Source of the DNA: an uncultured Nitrososphaerales archaeon
GTDB lineage: Archaea; Thermoproteota; Nitrososphaeria; Nitrososphaerales; Gagatemarchaeaceae
Assembly (NCBI GenBank): GCA_963706445.1
Contig: OY970160.1
Coordinates: forward strand, 544,001 to 608,000
Direction: 5' to 3'
DNA length: 64,000 nt
The notes below the pieces were generated by a model, which saw only the letters and a program-made list of their open reading frames with translations, was not told where the DNA came from and made no database searches. Positions 1-9,733 of the stretch are shown here, in pieces; position 1 is the first letter of the stretch; each line of letters starts with the position of its first letter. The translations under genes were made by a program, and so were the position numbers.

Positions 1-2
1 GG

Positions 3-245
3 AAGAGGAGCTCGAGGCCGAAGGTCCCGAGGAAGTGCGTCAGGTGCGGGGCGATGGCCAACGCGGAGGCCGAGACCTGCTCCAAGTGCGGCATGGCCAT
101 GAGCCTGACGGCCGCCATGAAGAAAGATGAGGAGTTCGAAGAGATGCAGCGGAAGATGTCTGTCGTCCTGGACTGGATCAAGGGGCAGAAGGGCGGGGAG
201 AAGGTCCTGCACCTGAAGCCCGGTGACATCCAGCCGAGTGCATGA
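3..245 (+). CDS. C-terminus of a probable tyrosine integrase (5' partial)
   Basis: Frame open from base 3: PKVPRKCVRCGAMANAEAETCSKCGMAMSL plus coiled-coil tail, like the Zn-ribbon C-terminus of archaeal proviral integrases; at provirus edge. Catalytic residues not in window. Confidence 0.65.
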   Translation, partial: KRSSRPKVPRKCVRCGAMANAEAETCSKCGMAMSLTAAMKKDEEFEEMQRKMSVVLDWIKGQKGGEKVLHLKPGDIQPSA

Positions 246-284
246 CATTAACCTTAAGTGTGTTGGACGCATCGAACTCGAAGC

Positions 285-887
285 ATGCCGGGCGAGCATC
301 TGCAGGAGACCACCGTAGAAGACCTCAGGCACTCGAAGAAGGTCGCCGGTGAGCTCAACCCGGTGGTCATCGACAAAAGGACGGGCAAGGTCGTCTCCGG
401 GGAGCACCGCCTGGAGGCCGGCTGGAAGAAGATCGTCTACATAGAGACCAAGGACGACGCCGAGTTCCACAGGCTCAGGATGCACTACAACCTGCAGCGC
501 AGGCTGGCGCCTGACGAATGGTCGAATGAGTTCATCGAGTATGCCGAGGCGCTCATCAAGACAGGGCTCCCATATCCGGAGGTCCTGAAGGAGCTCCTCG
601 AAAACGCCCCGTTCAAGGACAAGAAGTACGCCTACGAGTTCATCCCGGACTACCTGAAGAGCAACGAAGGGAGGCCTCGCCAGTTTCAGGAATCTGAAAC
701 TCAGGCTCCGGAGCCTTTCACCCACGGAGGCTTCACCTTCGGGCCGAAGGACGAGGCCCCTGCCGCCAAGATAGGCGGCCTCGACTCCCACGAGTTCTGT
801 CCCGAGTGCGGGCGCAAGGTAGAAGTCACGTGCAAGGGCTGTGGGACGCCGCTCAGGTCAACGAACAGCGGCTACGTCAAAGCATGA
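285..887 (+). CDS. ParB/Srx N-terminal domain protein with C-terminal Zn ribbon
   Basis: LNPVVIDKRTGKVVSGEHRLEA (ParBc GxHR motif); CPECG...CKGCG; ATG at 285. Confidence 0.75.
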   Translation: MPGEHLQETTVEDLRHSKKVAGELNPVVIDKRTGKVVSGEHRLEAGWKKIVYIETKDDAEFHRLRMHYNLQRRLAPDEWSNEFIEYAEALIKTGLPYPEVLKELLENAPFKDKKYAYEFIPDYLKSNEGRPRQFQESETQAPEPFTHGGFTFGPKDEAPAAKIGGLDSHEFCPECGRKVEVTCKGCGTPLRSTNSGYVKA

Positions 888-1210
888 GCAAGTACTCGAC
901 GCACCGGTACTGCGGGAGCTGCTACGGCTGGCACAGGATAGACGGGAGGCCCTGCGAGGCGTGCTGGGGGGATGTCGTCTGCGCGAGGTGCGGCACGCAT
1001 GGACCCGTCCCCGACGGCAAGAACATCGTCTGCCAGAAGTGCGGCCAGACCGACACGCTCCCCTGGCGGCTCTATCGGCGGTTCATACATCCACGAGACT
1101 TGAAGAAATGTCCGAGATGTGGGAGGCTCCTCAGGATGTCCCAGAGGGACGACCGCAGGGCGAACGGCCTGAAGCGCGCCGCGCCGAAGCTCGTCATCCA
1201 GAGTTCTTGA
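884..1210 (+). CDS. Multi-CxxC zinc-binding protein
   Basis: ATGA overlap with upstream stop; five CxxC pairs. Confidence 0.7.
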   Translation: MSKYSTHRYCGSCYGWHRIDGRPCEACWGDVVCARCGTHGPVPDGKNIVCQKCGQTDTLPWRLYRRFIHPRDLKKCPRCGRLLRMSQRDDRRANGLKRAAPKLVIQSS

Positions 1211-1508
1211 TTCCCAGGTGCTCCATCATCCTCGCCTGCTGTTGCTCGATTTTGCCGAGCCTCTCTTCGAGGCGTCTGACCGCGTTCGCTTCGAGCGACC
1301 TTATCCGGTCGTCGAGCCTATTGTAGTCGTTCCTTCCCTGCCTTTCGAGGATGGCGTAGCCTCCGATGATCATGGAGGCGAGCAGGAGGTCGCTGGCCGT
1401 GAACAGGGTGTCCGAGGGGCTGGATAGAGGGATTTGGAGCCACGTCATGCCGTTGACGACTGCCCAGATGACTGTCAGAGCCTTCAGGACCAGAGGGAGG
1501 GCGGTCAT
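1194..1508 (-). CDS. Small membrane protein with C-terminal coiled coil
   Basis: Two hydrophobic segments then heptad-rich RLDDRIRSLE...RLEERLGKIE; last gene of the tail operon. Confidence 0.7.
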   Translation of the reverse strand: MTALPLVLKALTVIWAVVNGMTWLQIPLSSPSDTLFTASDLLLASMIIGGYAILERQGRNDYNRLDDRIRSLEANAVRRLEERLGKIEQQQARMMEHLGIKNSG

Positions 1509-2143
1509 GGGACGCTCTCGACTTCGATGAACGAGCCCGCTTTTACCTTGTCCGTGGTCACGCCATCGACCACGTCAATCTGGAGCGTCGTGGCGGTGCT
1601 CCCCACCGTGACCAGCCCTACGATCTCCAGCCAGGCCTGGTTAGACCCGTTGGCGGGGTTGGTCCCGATGTTCGTGGTGACGGCCGTCACTACCTCGCTG
1701 AACCATGCCGCGCCTGAAGCGGTCTGGTAGTGCTGGCCCACCCAGACGAGGCTCGCTCCAGCTGCGAGGGCGTGGATTTGGAAGAATATCTGGCCGGTGT
1801 TCGGGGAGACGTAGAGGAGGGCCCTGAAGCGGTAGGTCAGGCTCGGACCGAGCGGGATGGCCACCCCAGAACTCTTCGACCCGATGCTGGTCGAGACGTC
1901 CGACGTGCTCCTGAAGGTCTGGGGTATGTTCAGCGGGACCCAGGCCGTGTTCCCGACGTTCCTCTGGTAGAGGACTCCTGCCGTGAACCCTCCGGTACTG
2001 TCTGTGCTTAACGCCAGCTGACCCGGATACGCCGTGGCTGCTGCAATGTGCGTGCCCGTGTCGACGAGCAGGACCTTCTGGTTCCACCTCGCAGCGGCGA
2101 CCGGGCTCTCGCCGTCGACGAAGACTCCGCCTCCGCTTGTCAA
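1505..2143 (-). CDS. Tail fibre / receptor-binding type protein
   Basis: TTG start in TTGA overlap at 2143-2140; beta-rich G/T/S composition; distal tail position. Confidence 0.55.
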   Translation of the reverse strand: MTSGGGVFVDGESPVAAARWNQKVLLVDTGTHIAAATAYPGQLALSTDSTGGFTAGVLYQRNVGNTAWVPLNIPQTFRSTSDVSTSIGSKSSGVAIPLGPSLTYRFRALLYVSPNTGQIFFQIHALAAGASLVWVGQHYQTASGAAWFSEVVTAVTTNIGTNPANGSNQAWLEIVGLVTVGSTATTLQIDVVDGVTTDKVKAGSFIEVESVP

Positions 2144-2394
2144 AGCCCAATCACCATGAATCCTATCGTCATGGCGCACTTCCCGCCTGCAGCTGCGCCG
2201 ATGCAGAAGCCCGTGCACCCGACGTCGCCGTGGCCGGTGGCGTCCGTGTATCCCGAGCCTTCGCCTGCCGGGGTGGTCGCTATGTAGTTCACCATCGTCG
2301 AAATCGTGATGCCCAGGGAGTCGAGCCTCTTGATTTCGGCGTCCATCTTGGCCAGGACGTCGGCTGCGTCCGTCTCCCTGTTGACGGAGCTCAT
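2140..2394 (-). CDS. Small virion-associated hypothetical protein
   Basis: ATGA overlap at 2394-2391; MSSVNRETDAADVLAKM... Confidence 0.6.
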   Translation of the reverse strand: MSSVNRETDAADVLAKMDAEIKRLDSLGITISTMVNYIATTPAGEGSGYTDATGHGDVGCTGFCIGAAAGGKCAMTIGFMVIGL

Positions 2395-3710
2395 GCCAGG
2401 GGCACCGGGGCCGTGAAGGCCGTTATCGGCTGGCTCGTGACCCCGTAGATTCCCGACTGCTGAATCTTCCTCATGCCTGCCTGGAGCCCGGGGCATTTGA
2501 GCGCGATTACGGTTATGTTAGTCGACTCGATTGGGTCTCCTCCCTGCTGGCTCGTGTCGGTGTAGGGCGTCCCGTAGCCGTCCGGGAGCGAACCGTCTCC
2601 GCTCTGGGCCTGCAGGAGGACCAGCGAGTTGATGACCTGTGCCAGCGTGACCCCTCTCGAGTTAGTAGGGCTGAGGTTCAGGAGGGTCGCCAGCTGAGTG
2701 TAGGCCGCCAGGCTCCTCGTTGTGTAAGGCGGGCTTCCGGCTCCTGTCGTCAGGTTGGCAGCCGTGCCGAACTGGACGCAGCCGTCGCTTCCCATGTAGG
2801 CGAGCTTCCCCATGTTCGTCAGGGTCTGCGTGGCCAGCGAGACCTGGTTCCGCAGGAACAAGTTCATCCCCTGATAACCGCCGTCCGGGATCGCGCTCGT
2901 GCTGACGTTGATCGCCCCGTTGGCGAGGGTCTGGTTGCAGGTCGGGAGCCAGAAGTAGCCAGGCCACGGGACGCCTGCGTCGGCTCCTCCAGGGGTCCAG
3001 AGAGTCGTCCGGTCTGCGTGGGTGACGGGGCTCGCCCCGAAGATGCTGAAGACGTGGCCCAGGGGAGCCGTCGCCCAGCCGATGGCCGTGGTGCCGTCCA
3101 TGCCGATGTTCGTGTTCTTCTTCGAGTAGGGGATTATCCTGCCCGTGAACGAGTCGTCGTTCCAGGTGTCGTGATATGGGATTCCGTCCCTGGTCGGAGG
3201 CATGAAGGCCGCGCTGTTCAGAGAGGCGACTGCGCTGAAGACCCTGCCAGAGATGTCTCCGTAGGTAGTCCCTGCGTAGTTCTCCCTGATGCCGTAGGCG
3301 ATCTTCAGGTTCTCGTTGGGCTCATAGGTGTAGAACTTCGGAGTCCCGACCGACGGGTGGGCCGAGTCTTTGTAGTAGCATCCGGTCGACAACGGGGTAG
3401 ACCCTGTCTTGGTCGTGCCCTGTCCGATGAGGTTGACCGTGGGGTTCCATCCGGCCGTCAGGAAGTTGATGGCTGCCTTGGCGTCGAACGAGTTCGACGG
3501 GGAGCCGACGGTCGCTGTGGCGACGTCTGTGAACCCTGCCCCTTCGCCAAGGAGCTGGGCGAGGTAGTTGCCTCCTCCTCCGCCGCCGAAGGACCCCGTG
3601 AGCTGGGTCTTGGCGCTTATCCTCTTGAGCGATGCATTGTAGGCCGCTATCAGGTCGGCGACGTTCTGGGGCCTGTTCGTGCTCGTCACGTGGACGATGC
3701 ACCCGTCCAC
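2391..3710 (-). CDS. Putative tail-associated protein (439 aa)
   Basis: Long ORF in tail operon, Gly/Thr-rich. Confidence 0.65.
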   Translation of the reverse strand: MDGCIVHVTSTNRPQNVADLIAAYNASLKRISAKTQLTGSFGGGGGGNYLAQLLGEGAGFTDVATATVGSPSNSFDAKAAINFLTAGWNPTVNLIGQGTTKTGSTPLSTGCYYKDSAHPSVGTPKFYTYEPNENLKIAYGIRENYAGTTYGDISGRVFSAVASLNSAAFMPPTRDGIPYHDTWNDDSFTGRIIPYSKKNTNIGMDGTTAIGWATAPLGHVFSIFGASPVTHADRTTLWTPGGADAGVPWPGYFWLPTCNQTLANGAINVSTSAIPDGGYQGMNLFLRNQVSLATQTLTNMGKLAYMGSDGCVQFGTAANLTTGAGSPPYTTRSLAAYTQLATLLNLSPTNSRGVTLAQVINSLVLLQAQSGDGSLPDGYGTPYTDTSQQGGDPIESTNITVIALKCPGLQAGMRKIQQSGIYGVTSQPITAFTAPVPLA

Positions 3711-4285
3711 TGAAGGGTGGTCGTCAGGGTCGAGTTCGCCGGGTAGGTGATCGTCGGCGAGTAGAGCGCGCGTTGGAGCATGGACCCGCCCGTGATGAGG
3801 TTGAAGATCCCCTCCTCGGCGATGGTGTTGCCGCAGGCTGGCGAGGTGTTCGGGAAGAAGGCGTCTATCTCCATGCCTTTCCCGGACGAAATCGTAAAGA
3901 TGTTCGAGGCGTTGACCCTGTCCTTCTCTGTCTGTAGGGCCGAGTCTCCGGCTGCCGGCGCGGTCGAGCCCGTGCCTATGGCCTGATACTTCGGGAGGCT
4001 GCTCGACGTCCCGATGAGGATGCTGACGACCAGGACCAGGCCGTCGTCGACCGTCTTGTTGTGTGGGGCCCAGAGTCGCCTCGGCAGGGTCCGCCCGAGG
4101 ATCTTTCTCGGCGTGCAGAGCCTTCCCCAGCTGGCGAGGACCCTGTCCTTCTCGAGCTCGTGCATCAGGCCGACAGAGAGGTCCTTCTTGCCGAACAGGC
4201 TCCGGTAGTGGTCATAGCTCGGGACCGTGTCCGGGTTCCAAGCCATGCCCCAGCCAGTCCCTTTGAACAGAACACCCTCTTTCAT
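3686..4285 (-). CDS. Tail-collar/fibre-like protein
   Basis: YQAIGTGSTAPAAGDSALQTEKDR motif typical of phage tail fibre/collar proteins. Confidence 0.65.
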   Translation of the reverse strand: MKEGVLFKGTGWGMAWNPDTVPSYDHYRSLFGKKDLSVGLMHELEKDRVLASWGRLCTPRKILGRTLPRRLWAPHNKTVDDGLVLVVSILIGTSSSLPKYQAIGTGSTAPAAGDSALQTEKDRVNASNIFTISSGKGMEIDAFFPNTSPACGNTIAEEGIFNLITGGSMLQRALYSPTITYPANSTLTTTLQWTGASST

Positions 4286-4304
4286 ACCCGCGATTTCTCC
4301 GGAC

Positions 4305-4315
4305 GGCTCTTTAAC
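4305..4315 (-). promoter_or_regulatory. Viral late promoter-like motif GTTAAAGAGCC
   Basis: Motif G lies 30 nt before ATG at 4285. Confidence 0.6.
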
Positions 4316-4316
4316 A

Positions 4317-7300
4317 TCAAATCAATTCGACGGCCTGGATGTGGAACACCGTCGGGCCCCTCGCCTGCTTCTGGGTCTCGAAGACGAAATCCATCCCCAT
4401 CACTTGGAAGTATTCGTTCAGCCCGGTCTGGACGGTGATGACAGTGACCAGCTGGCCGAGCTTCGGGAGCCTCTCCGGGATGTAGCAGTAGCAATCCAGG
4501 ACCCGCTTGCCGCTGCCCGAGAGGCTGACCTGGGCCACGACCAGGTTCACCATCGTCTGCCTGTCTCTGACGTTCTGGTCCGTGACGACGTCCTCCGAGA
4601 GCAGGTATTGGCTCTGGCTGACGGCGTTGTCCGCCTCCGTGACGATGAGCGGGGCCGAGTAGGTCCTGAAGGCGTAAGTGATTGTCGACGCCGTAGGAGT
4701 CCATGCCTGTCCCGTCGGTCGACGTGGCCTTCCTTCCCGAGGTGCCCGAGTCGTGGTACCAGCCATAGGTGTTGCCGGAGTCTCCTATCATGGCCAGGGC
4801 TATCCAATACTTCTGACCGACGAGCACGGTCTGGCTCCCGATGTCTGCCTGGACCCAACCGCCCCCCGAGAGGACGGTCGACACCGGGACCGTGAACTGC
4901 TTGACCAGAGCCCCAGGGACGCCTCCGACGTCGACGAAGACGTAGCCCTGCAGGTCTCCGGTCGGCGTCCCGGTCTTGTTGACGTAGATTCCGATGTATT
5001 GAAGCGTCTCCTGGGTCGGCGCGAACTGGAAGGCAATCCAATTGGCGTTGATCTTGTCGGCTCCTCCCACGACCGACGTCGAACTCTGGTCGATGACGGT
5101 GCTGTCCGTGCCTCCCAGCCCGTAGAGGCGGTTGACCAGGTCGGCGGAGGTGTCCTCGAACGAGAAGACCGCATCGTCGACGGCGTAGAGGACCCTGCTC
5201 TGGTCGTTCCAGGCCGCTCCCGTGGCCGGGTCGTCTGTGATGAGCGCCAACGAGTCCACAATCTCCGGGAAGGCGAAGTGGAGAATCTTCTCCTCGTCGA
5301 CCCACCAAACGCAGCCGGCCTGGGCTGCCAGGTCGTTCAGGATGTCGCTGATGCGCTTGTAGGGCGCGACGTAGCTGGGGATCGATATACCCGTGCTCGC
5401 TATGGTCGAGTTGTAGCCAGTGCCTGCGTAGAGCTGGGCCACCTCTCCGAGCGCCTGCTGGCCGACGGCCACGTCTCCGTCAGACATGGCCCGGTTGATG
5501 ACCTTCACGTCGTCGATGGTCGCGTTGAGCTTGCCCGCTCCGCTCCCCTCTGCCCCTATCCCCAGGGCCGTGTTGTTAGCGACTGGGACGTCAGAGTAAC
5601 TCCCCTGGGCCACCAGAATCCCGTCGACGTAGAGGCTCAGGTTCACCATATCGTAGACCCCGACGACGTGGTGCCAGGCTCCGGTCGAATAGCCCGTGGT
5701 CGCGTCGACGTATCTGAAGGCTGACCCTGTCCCGAACGAGACCCGGAAGGCTCCGGCGTTGGTGACCTGCAGGGCGTAGTTCCGGTTGTTATCTGCCAGC
5801 CCTTTGATGACGATGCTCGTGACCGAGCCCGGGGTGGCGATGACATAGACCCAGGCGGCTATCGTGAACGGCCCGGGGATGTCCAGGGTCGCCGCGTCCT
5901 GGACGGTCAGGTAGTTCGTCGACCCGTCGAAGGTCAGGGCGTGGCCGAAGAGCGAGTTCTGGCCGGAGGCCCAGGTCGGGGAGCCCGTGGCCGTGGCGTT
6001 GTTCCCGTTCCCGCTGACGTCTCCCGGGGTGGTCCCGGAACCTTCGTCGAGCGGCAGGTAGAGCACGAGGTTCGCGCGTCCGGGCCCTACCGTGTGGTAT
6101 TCGATTCCCTCATACTGGAAGACGGTCTGCTGCTGGGTCGGGTAGGCAGACTTGTCCGTGAGCACGAGCTTGACCAGGTTGCCCAGCTCGGTCGTCTGGT
6201 CCGTGCTGTCCACCGTGACGCCGTCCGACTGCTTCTTCTGGAACCTCGAGAAGTTGCCGATGCGCCTGGTGAGCCTCTGGGTCCAGTCGAAGCCGGCCAC
6301 CTCGTAGACCAGCCTCCCCAGGGCTGGCACCGTCGTCTTGTTTCCTGTGACCCGGCCGCTGAAGAACTTCACATACTCGCCTGACCTGCCCGCCCAGATG
6401 TCGACAGGGGTGTCGAGCAGGATCTTCCCCAACAAGACCTGGCCGGAGTCCTCTATCTCCAAGTTGAACGTCGACGCCACTCCTTCGGCTCCTCCGTTCG
6501 TGGTGATGCTCAGGAGGTTGAAGTCTGTCCTCGGGGCGACCGTGATGGGCGGGCTCGTGGCCAGCGTGAGGACCTCCTGGGCGGTGAGGACCCGGTCGTA
6601 GGCTCTGGGGTCGTCCACGGTCGAGTTCTGGGCGTGGTTCACCCCGTCGCCGAAGATGACCTTGTAGCCGGCCGAGACTCTGACGGTGACGGCGAGGGCG
6701 TGCTGGTCGAGCTGGACCCCGTCCAGGTAGAGCGTGATGGTCGCGCCATCGTAGGTCATGGCGAGGTGGTGCCAGCCGTTCAGGGGGGCCGTGTTCGAGC
6801 CGGGGCTGTAAGTGTGCTGGGAGTTGCCCGAATCGCAGAGCCCGTACTGGATTGCAAGGTTGCCGAGGACCTGGATCCACCAGTCGTAGTTCGCGGAGTT
6901 GCTCGTGCCTCCCGTGGCCTTTCTGACGATTACCTCGAGCAGCTGGGACGGAGCCTGCGCGAGGTAGGCCCAGGCGCAGATGCTGAACCCGCCGGTGAAC
7001 TGCAGGGCCGCGTTGTCGGCGACCTCGACCCAGTTGGCTGTGCCGAACTGGAGGGCGTCGCCGAACTTTCCAGGGACCCATGCCGGGGAGCTGATGAGGC
7101 TGCCCGTGTTCCCGTTGCCGCTCTTGTCTGTGGCCGTCGACCCGGTCCCGTCGTCCAGGGGCCAGTAGCCGACCAGGCCCAGGGGGACCGTCGGAGCCGC
7201 CGAGCCGTAGGGGTCTGCGACGTAGGTGAACCCCGGGGTCTTCAGCTGGACCTTCGCCAGCATGGGGCCCGTCTTGAACGGCCCAGTAGGCGGAGGCGGA

Positions 7301-7926
7301 GGCGCAGCTTGGGACGTCCTGAGCTCTATGGCAGCTGCTACCCAGCCAGCGGTGCCCGAGCCTGTCTCCCCAAGGGTCAGGGCCGCCGGCGTGGCGTTGG
7401 TGATGTCCTCGAGGCAGCTCGAGACAACTATCCCATAGATGTCCTGCCGGTTCAGGGTCACCCCTGCCCCGTAGGCTGCCATCGTGACGTTCAGGTGGAC
7501 GACCCAGCCGCCGACCACCCAGTTGTTGTTGTCCTGGGTCGTGACAGCCAGGGTCCCGGGGTCGGCCGATGCGCTCGAGGAGCTGTTCACGTTCCCGATT
7601 GCCGTGACGCTGGTGTAGGACACCGTCTCGGCCGTGAACTTCCCCGACCCGCTGTTGGTGACCGTGATGACGTTGGAGGCTGCCCCGGCGGTGGCGATGC
7701 AAGTCCAGATTTCGACAGAGACGCCTGCCGACCCGCCTGCGATCCCGGTCGCCTTAGAATAGCTGTTCCCTGCCGTGTCCGTGATTGTGGAGACCGACCT
7801 GGCGGAGCCTACTGCGAGGCCGACCAGGACGACTACACAGTCTCCGATGGCAGTCGCGACGGCAGGGAGCGCCCCGGAGATGGCGTTGAACGAGCCGCCC
7901 GTGATGTTCTTCCTGACGCTGGCCAA
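4317..7926 (-). pseudogene. Large tail/adhesin protein with two LamG domains, interrupted by a 1-nt frameshift at ~4706 (about 1202 aa if corrected)
   Basis: LamG motifs WPLDDGTGSTATDKSGNGN and LPLDEGSGTTPGDVSGNGN; removing one G from ACAGGCATGG joins STDGT to AWTPTASTITY..., ending at the stop at 4317. Confidence 0.8.
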
Positions 7927-7927
7927 T

Positions 7928-9379
7928 CTACACCCGCCGTTGGACCTGGGTCTTGAGGGTCTTCAGCATCCAGTCGGTGAGCTCCTGCTTGCTCCCGATG
8001 TAATTCGGGAAGTTGATCTGGTAGACCGTGGCCCCGCCGTTCATGTTCGGGACGTTGGGGGCGCCTGTCAGAGGGACGACCGCCTCGGGGCCGCTTTCGC
8101 CGATGAGCGCGTAGGTCGGCTGGGTGACTATCCCCCCTTCGGCCAGCCCGAGCGCCGAAAGGCCTCCGCTGATGTCTCCTCCTATGGACCCGATGACCCC
8201 GGTGACGTCCTTCACCCCGCCGACCACCAGGTTGATTGCGTCGATGATTGGCTGGATTGCCGTCATTATCGCGCTGAAGATCCCCTGCAGGACTCCCCAG
8301 ACTGTCTGGACGACGGTCTGAATCCCATTCCAAAGGTCGCCCCATGCGGTCTCGAACGCCCCGATTATCGTCTGGATGATTGCCCAGTTGGTCGAGAAGT
8401 AGCCGGAGATGACGTCCCAGACGACCTTCGCCACGGCCTGGATTCCGTCCCAGATGACACCCCAGGCCTTTGCGAAGTCGGCGACGGCTGCCTGGATGAG
8501 CTCGATTATCGGCTTGATGTAGGGGTAGAGGAAGTCGACCACGGCCTGGAACTTCTCCCTGATGCCTCCCCAGTCGTTGGTCCAGGCTTCGTAGAGCACG
8601 GCCATGATTGCGATTATGGCCACGGCTATCAGGATGAGCGGATTCGCGTCCATCACGGCGTTGAACACTCCCTGGGCCGCTGTCATCGCGCCCTGTCCTG
8701 CAGTCACAATCGCCGCCATGGCCGAGTGGGCCGCTCCTGCCAGGGTAGATGCGATGCCCATGCCTGCGAGCCCTCCGGCCAGGTTGGCCACGCTGAAAAT
8801 TAGGTTCGGGATCTTCAGGGCGATGCCGACCAGAGCCTCGTCGTATTTCTGCTGGGCGCTGTTGACGTTGTCGGTCGCCTTCTTCTGGGCGTCCAGGGCG
8901 GTCGTGAGCTTGGTCTGCGCCGCGAGGGCCGCTGCGCTGTTCGGACCTCCTGCGGCCACGGCGTCGTTGTAAGCCTGCTGGTCCGCTGTCACGGCCTGGT
9001 TGGCGCTGTCGAGGGCCAGGTTAGCCGTGTTCAGGTTGTTCTGGGCCGACGTCATCGTGTTGACGATGCTCGTGACCTGGCTCCCTACCGAGGCGAGGCC
9101 CTGGAACGCCTTCTGGCTCTCCATCAGGGTCGTGTTGCCCTGTTTCCAGTTGTTCCAGCTGAGGTTCACCTCCGTGTTGGAGTCCCGCATCGCGGTCCTC
9201 TGCTGGGAGATTGCTTCGTGCAGATAGTTCGCGGCGTCGGTGGCGTCCTGGTCGGCCTGGGCCATCGACTCCGTCGACGTGCTGGCGTCGGCTGCGGAAC
9301 TGGCGATGTCCTCGAACCCGGCGGCGGCGTCTGTCAGGCCGTCGGCCGTGACCTGGTAATCGATGGGGATGTCGACCAA
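7928..9379 (-). CDS. Tail tape measure protein
   Basis: Ala-rich helical protein with NPLILIAVAII, periodic Trp repeats (WGVIWDGIQAV), C-terminal LAEGGIVTQPTYALIGESGPEAVVPL. Confidence 0.9.
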   Translation of the reverse strand: MVDIPIDYQVTADGLTDAAAGFEDIASSAADASTSTESMAQADQDATDAANYLHEAISQQRTAMRDSNTEVNLSWNNWKQGNTTLMESQKAFQGLASVGSQVTSIVNTMTSAQNNLNTANLALDSANQAVTADQQAYNDAVAAGGPNSAAALAAQTKLTTALDAQKKATDNVNSAQQKYDEALVGIALKIPNLIFSVANLAGGLAGMGIASTLAGAAHSAMAAIVTAGQGAMTAAQGVFNAVMDANPLILIAVAIIAIMAVLYEAWTNDWGGIREKFQAVVDFLYPYIKPIIELIQAAVADFAKAWGVIWDGIQAVAKVVWDVISGYFSTNWAIIQTIIGAFETAWGDLWNGIQTVVQTVWGVLQGIFSAIMTAIQPIIDAINLVVGGVKDVTGVIGSIGGDISGGLSALGLAEGGIVTQPTYALIGESGPEAVVPLTGAPNVPNMNGGATVYQINFPNYIGSKQELTDWMLKTLKTQVQRRV

Positions 9380-9733
9380 CTACGCCGACCCCACGAAGTC
9401 GTTGAACGCGTCCTCCAGCCTGCCGTCCATCTCCGCCAGGATGGCCAGGACCGCCGGCGCCAGATAGGGCTGGGCTGCCTGCCTCGAGGTCCCGAACTCG
9501 ACATAGCTGGCGTAGGGCGCCGAAGCTCCCAGAGACCAGCCCCAGGCTGTGGCCGAGACTTCGATGCTGTCTCTCAGCCTCCCGGTCCGGACGGGCACAA
9601 TCTCGCGGGCGTAGGTGGCCATGTCCTCCAGGGAGCCGAGGATGACTTCGACGTCGACCTTCTCCAGGCTCTTGGCTATGGCCCGGGTCTTCCTGATGGC
9701 GTCCTCCAGCCCTGAGACGCTGAAATCACTCAC
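9380..9733 (-). CDS. HK97 gp10-like tail completion protein
   Basis: PVRTGRLRDSI...YASYVEFGT...QPYLAPA signature. Confidence 0.85.
   Translation of the reverse strand: MSDFSVSGLEDAIRKTRAIAKSLEKVDVEVILGSLEDMATYAREIVPVRTGRLRDSIEVSATAWGWSLGASAPYASYVEFGTSRQAAQPYLAPAVLAILAEMDGRLEDAFNDFVGSA

Noticed and set aside
4282-4706. C-terminal ~140 aa of the 1214-aa ORF
   Set aside because: Arg/Gly/Pro-rich off-frame read-through; the alternative frame is protein-like and ends cleanly at 4317
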